In this document: piece by piece, positions 61,831-64,000 of the stretch
Position numbering within the stretch: position 1 is the first letter of the stretch
How the letters are laid out: each line of letters opens with the position of its first letter
From: an uncultured Candidatus Entotheonella sp.
GTDB lineage: Bacteria > Tectomicrobia > Entotheonellia > Entotheonellales > Entotheonellaceae
Length of the DNA: 64,000 bases
Direction of reading: 5' to 3'
NCBI GenBank assembly: GCA_965217185.1
Contig: OZ244252.1
Location: 2,944,001-3,008,000, forward strand
Program-made: the position numbers and the translations under genes
Notes under the pieces: generated by a model
The model's database searches: none
Told to the model about the DNA's origin: nothing
Seen by the model: the letters and a program-made list of their open reading frames with translations, nothing else

Positions 61831-62655
61831 ATGCCCGAGTTGCCCGAAGTGGAAACCATCCGACGAGGCCTCAGCCAGCAACTCGTGGGACGCACCATCA
61901 GCGCCGTCCGGGTGCGGCAGGCGAAGCTCCGTCACGTGGTCGACGCCCGGGCGTTGTGCGAGCACGCCGTGGGCCGCATGATCGACCGCGTGGAGCGCCG
62001 CGCCAAATACCTGCTGATCCACTTGCAGCCCGATCGGGTCTTGCTGTTCCATCTCGGCATGAGCGGACGGCTCCGGGTGGGCACCCCTACCGACGAGGAC
62101 GCCAAGCACGACCACCTCATCTTTCAGATGGGGCCGGACCTGGAAATGCGTTACCACGATCCGCGGCGATTTGGCATGTGCCTGCCTGCCACGGTTGCCG
62201 ACCTGCCGAACCACCCGCGTCTGCGCGGCCTCGGGGAGGAGCCTCTGTCGGAAGCGTTTACCAGCGATTACCTGCGGGCGCAGGCGAAACGGTCGCGCAA
62301 GCCGGTCAAGAATTTCCTGATGGATGCCGCGGTGGTTGTCGGCGTCGGCAACATCTACGCCAGCGAGAGCCTGTATCTGGCCAAGTTGCGCCCGACCCGG
62401 ACCGTGGATCGTTTGCGCCCGGTGCATTGGGGGCGTCTTCACGGCTCGGTGCGGCAGGTACTGCAAGCCGCTATTGACAAGCACGGCACCTCGCTGTCGG
62501 ATTATGTTGACAGCAACGGCGAGCAGGGTGAGTTCCAGAACGAACTGCTCGTATATGGCCGCGAGGGCGAGCCGTGCGCCCGCGACGGCCACCGCATCAA
62601 GCGCATTGTGCAGGCGGGGCGGAGCAGCTTTTACTGCCCCTGGTGTCAACGCTGA
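61831..62655 (+). CDS. mutM: Formamidopyrimidine-DNA glycosylase
   Basis: MPELPEVET, HLGMSG, GVGNIYASE, C-terminal zinc finger ending FYCPWCQ. Confidence 0.97.
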   Translation: MPELPEVETIRRGLSQQLVGRTISAVRVRQAKLRHVVDARALCEHAVGRMIDRVERRAKYLLIHLQPDRVLLFHLGMSGRLRVGTPTDEDAKHDHLIFQMGPDLEMRYHDPRRFGMCLPATVADLPNHPRLRGLGEEPLSEAFTSDYLRAQAKRSRKPVKNFLMDAAVVVGVGNIYASESLYLAKLRPTRTVDRLRPVHWGRLHGSVRQVLQAAIDKHGTSLSDYVDSNGEQGEFQNELLVYGREGEPCARDGHRIKRIVQAGRSSFYCPWCQR

Positions 62656-62687
62656 GATCAGAACCCCAGGAAACGGAGGGTAAAGGC

Positions 62688-63080
62688 GTGGCAAGACCGC
62701 AATGTGGCAGAAATTTTCCGCTGAGGGATGATGGCGAGATTCTCAAGATCAATTCTCCGCAAGACAAAGTGGGGGGTCCATATGTCGTTGTTGTCAAAAG
62801 TTTGGCGGAACGCTGGGCTATCGTGGCAATGGAATGGGAAAACGGGCCGTGCCTTGGAATTCGCTGGTTCTGGGAACGGAACGGTTACCCGCACACATTT
62901 GACTGGGGAACATGGCTAGTCAACTCCACATCTCTGTCGGAGATCATACGGCCTGGTTTGCCCTTGGAAGCTGGATGCCGCCGCATGCTGGAGGATTTCT
63001 TGGCCGGCAGGATACCCGGCGATCGGTTGCGACGCGCTCTCGATCCAGCCACTATCACCCTGTGCTGGAATCGCATTTAA
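62688..63080 (+). CDS. Hypothetical Trp-rich protein
   Basis: GGAGGG RBS plus GTG at 62688; WAIVAMEWENGPCLGIRWFW...GYP...TW; lower GC. Confidence 0.55.
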   Translation: MARPQCGRNFPLRDDGEILKINSPQDKVGGPYVVVVKSLAERWAIVAMEWENGPCLGIRWFWERNGYPHTFDWGTWLVNSTSLSEIIRPGLPLEAGCRRMLEDFLAGRIPGDRLRRALDPATITLCWNRI

Positions 63081-63176
63081 CCTGTAGCATATCTGGTTCC
63101 TTTACGAACCCTGCCACCGCGCCGGGTGAGCCTTCAAGTCAGTAGTTTTGCGCACACGTGCGAGGATAATCCAGAA

Positions 63177-63986
63177 GTGTCATCACTAACCGACTTTCGC
63201 AAGATCGCCGAAGAGGCGGCACAGGTCGGCGGCCGCGTCCTGATGCAACATCGCTACCAGCCGCTCGAAATTGAGCACAAGGACCGCCAGGAAGTCGTCA
63301 CCAACGTTGACCGCAAGGCCGACGAGGCCATTTGCGGCGTCATCAGACACTATTTCCCCGACCACTCCATCATCAGCGAAGAGTCCGGCATCAGCCGTGC
63401 CGTCTCGCCCTACACGTGGATCATCGACCCCCTCGACGGCACCGAGTCCTACATTCGCGGCCAGCATTTCTCCGGCGTCACGGTGGCCCTGGCTAAAGGC
63501 GGCGAGACAATCGTGGGCGTCGTCTTCCACCCCTTCCAGGACGAGCTTTACGCCGCCGTGCAGGGTGGCGAAACGACGGTCAACGGGCACGCGGCGCGGG
63601 TCAGCGACATCGCCGACATCTCACAGGCGCGTCTGATCCTCGATTATTCGCCGCGCGACGTCCTGCGGCAGCACCTCTTCGCCGTAGAATGGGCGCACGG
63701 CATGAAGCAGATGTTCCGCATCGGCGGCTCGGTGGCGCTGAACATGTGTCTGGTGGCCAAGGGCGCGGCGGATGGTTACGTCTACGGTCGGCGCCGCAAT
63801 CGCGTCAAGAGTTGGGACGTGGCCGCCGCGACCCTCCTGGTGCAGTGCGCCGGCGGCTGCGTGCTGGACCGCCTCGGGCGCCCGCTGGATGCCAACGAGC
63901 CGCAGGGCTACCTGCTGTGCCACAACCGGCGGCTCGACGTGCCCGGCCTGTTCGGCGGTCACGAACCGTCGGAACAGACCGCCTAA
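63177..63986 (+). CDS. Inositol monophosphatase family protein (SuhB/CysQ-like)
   Basis: VTNVD, SEES, WIIDPLDGT, WDVAAA. Confidence 0.93.
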   Translation: MSSLTDFRKIAEEAAQVGGRVLMQHRYQPLEIEHKDRQEVVTNVDRKADEAICGVIRHYFPDHSIISEESGISRAVSPYTWIIDPLDGTESYIRGQHFSGVTVALAKGGETIVGVVFHPFQDELYAAVQGGETTVNGHAARVSDIADISQARLILDYSPRDVLRQHLFAVEWAHGMKQMFRIGGSVALNMCLVAKGAADGYVYGRRRNRVKSWDVAAATLLVQCAGGCVLDRLGRPLDANEPQGYLLCHNRRLDVPGLFGGHEPSEQTA

Positions 63987-64000
63987 GGGTCGCTCCGGCG

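Noticed and set aside
59083..63098. ATATCTGGTT occurring beside two foreign-looking genes (~59083 and ~63089)
   Set aside because: Only a 10-bp match with inconsistent position relative to the genes; chance cannot be excluded

Overview
GC-rich, gene-dense bacterial chromosome segment from a diderm (it has a complete tolQRAB-pal-cpoB cluster). The gene mix resembles Tectomicrobia/deltaproteobacteria-like genomes, but that taxonomy is only an impression. Core and metabolic content: liv ABC permeases, CIRCE-controlled groES-groEL followed by degP and fccAB sulfide dehydrogenase, an orphan CbbQ/CbbO-type AAA+/vWA pair, a sigma-54-driven nitrate assimilation operon (narK, a twice-frameshifted nirB-nirD fusion, an Fe-S/DmsC-type membrane anchor, a nasA-like reductase), a stand-alone nuoB, sspB-pilT, cytochrome c', a probable lanthanide-type PQQ dehydrogenase, a TRAP transporter, cinA, greA, mutM and an inositol monophosphatase. 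The most unusual element is a ~2.8 kb integrase-less islet (31342-34140). It is bounded by a 228-bp direct repeat of a lipoprotein gene's 3' end and carries an 82-bp inverted-repeat structure followed by one 763-aa protein. That protein fuses an integrase-arm-like N-terminus to a dynamin-like GTPase and is a candidate single-gene defence system. The nitrate module is bracketed by two identical 32-bp GTAG-type REP elements in inverted orientation. No rRNA, tRNA, CRISPR array, transposase or integrase was recognised. All product calls come from motif recognition by eye, with no database searches.
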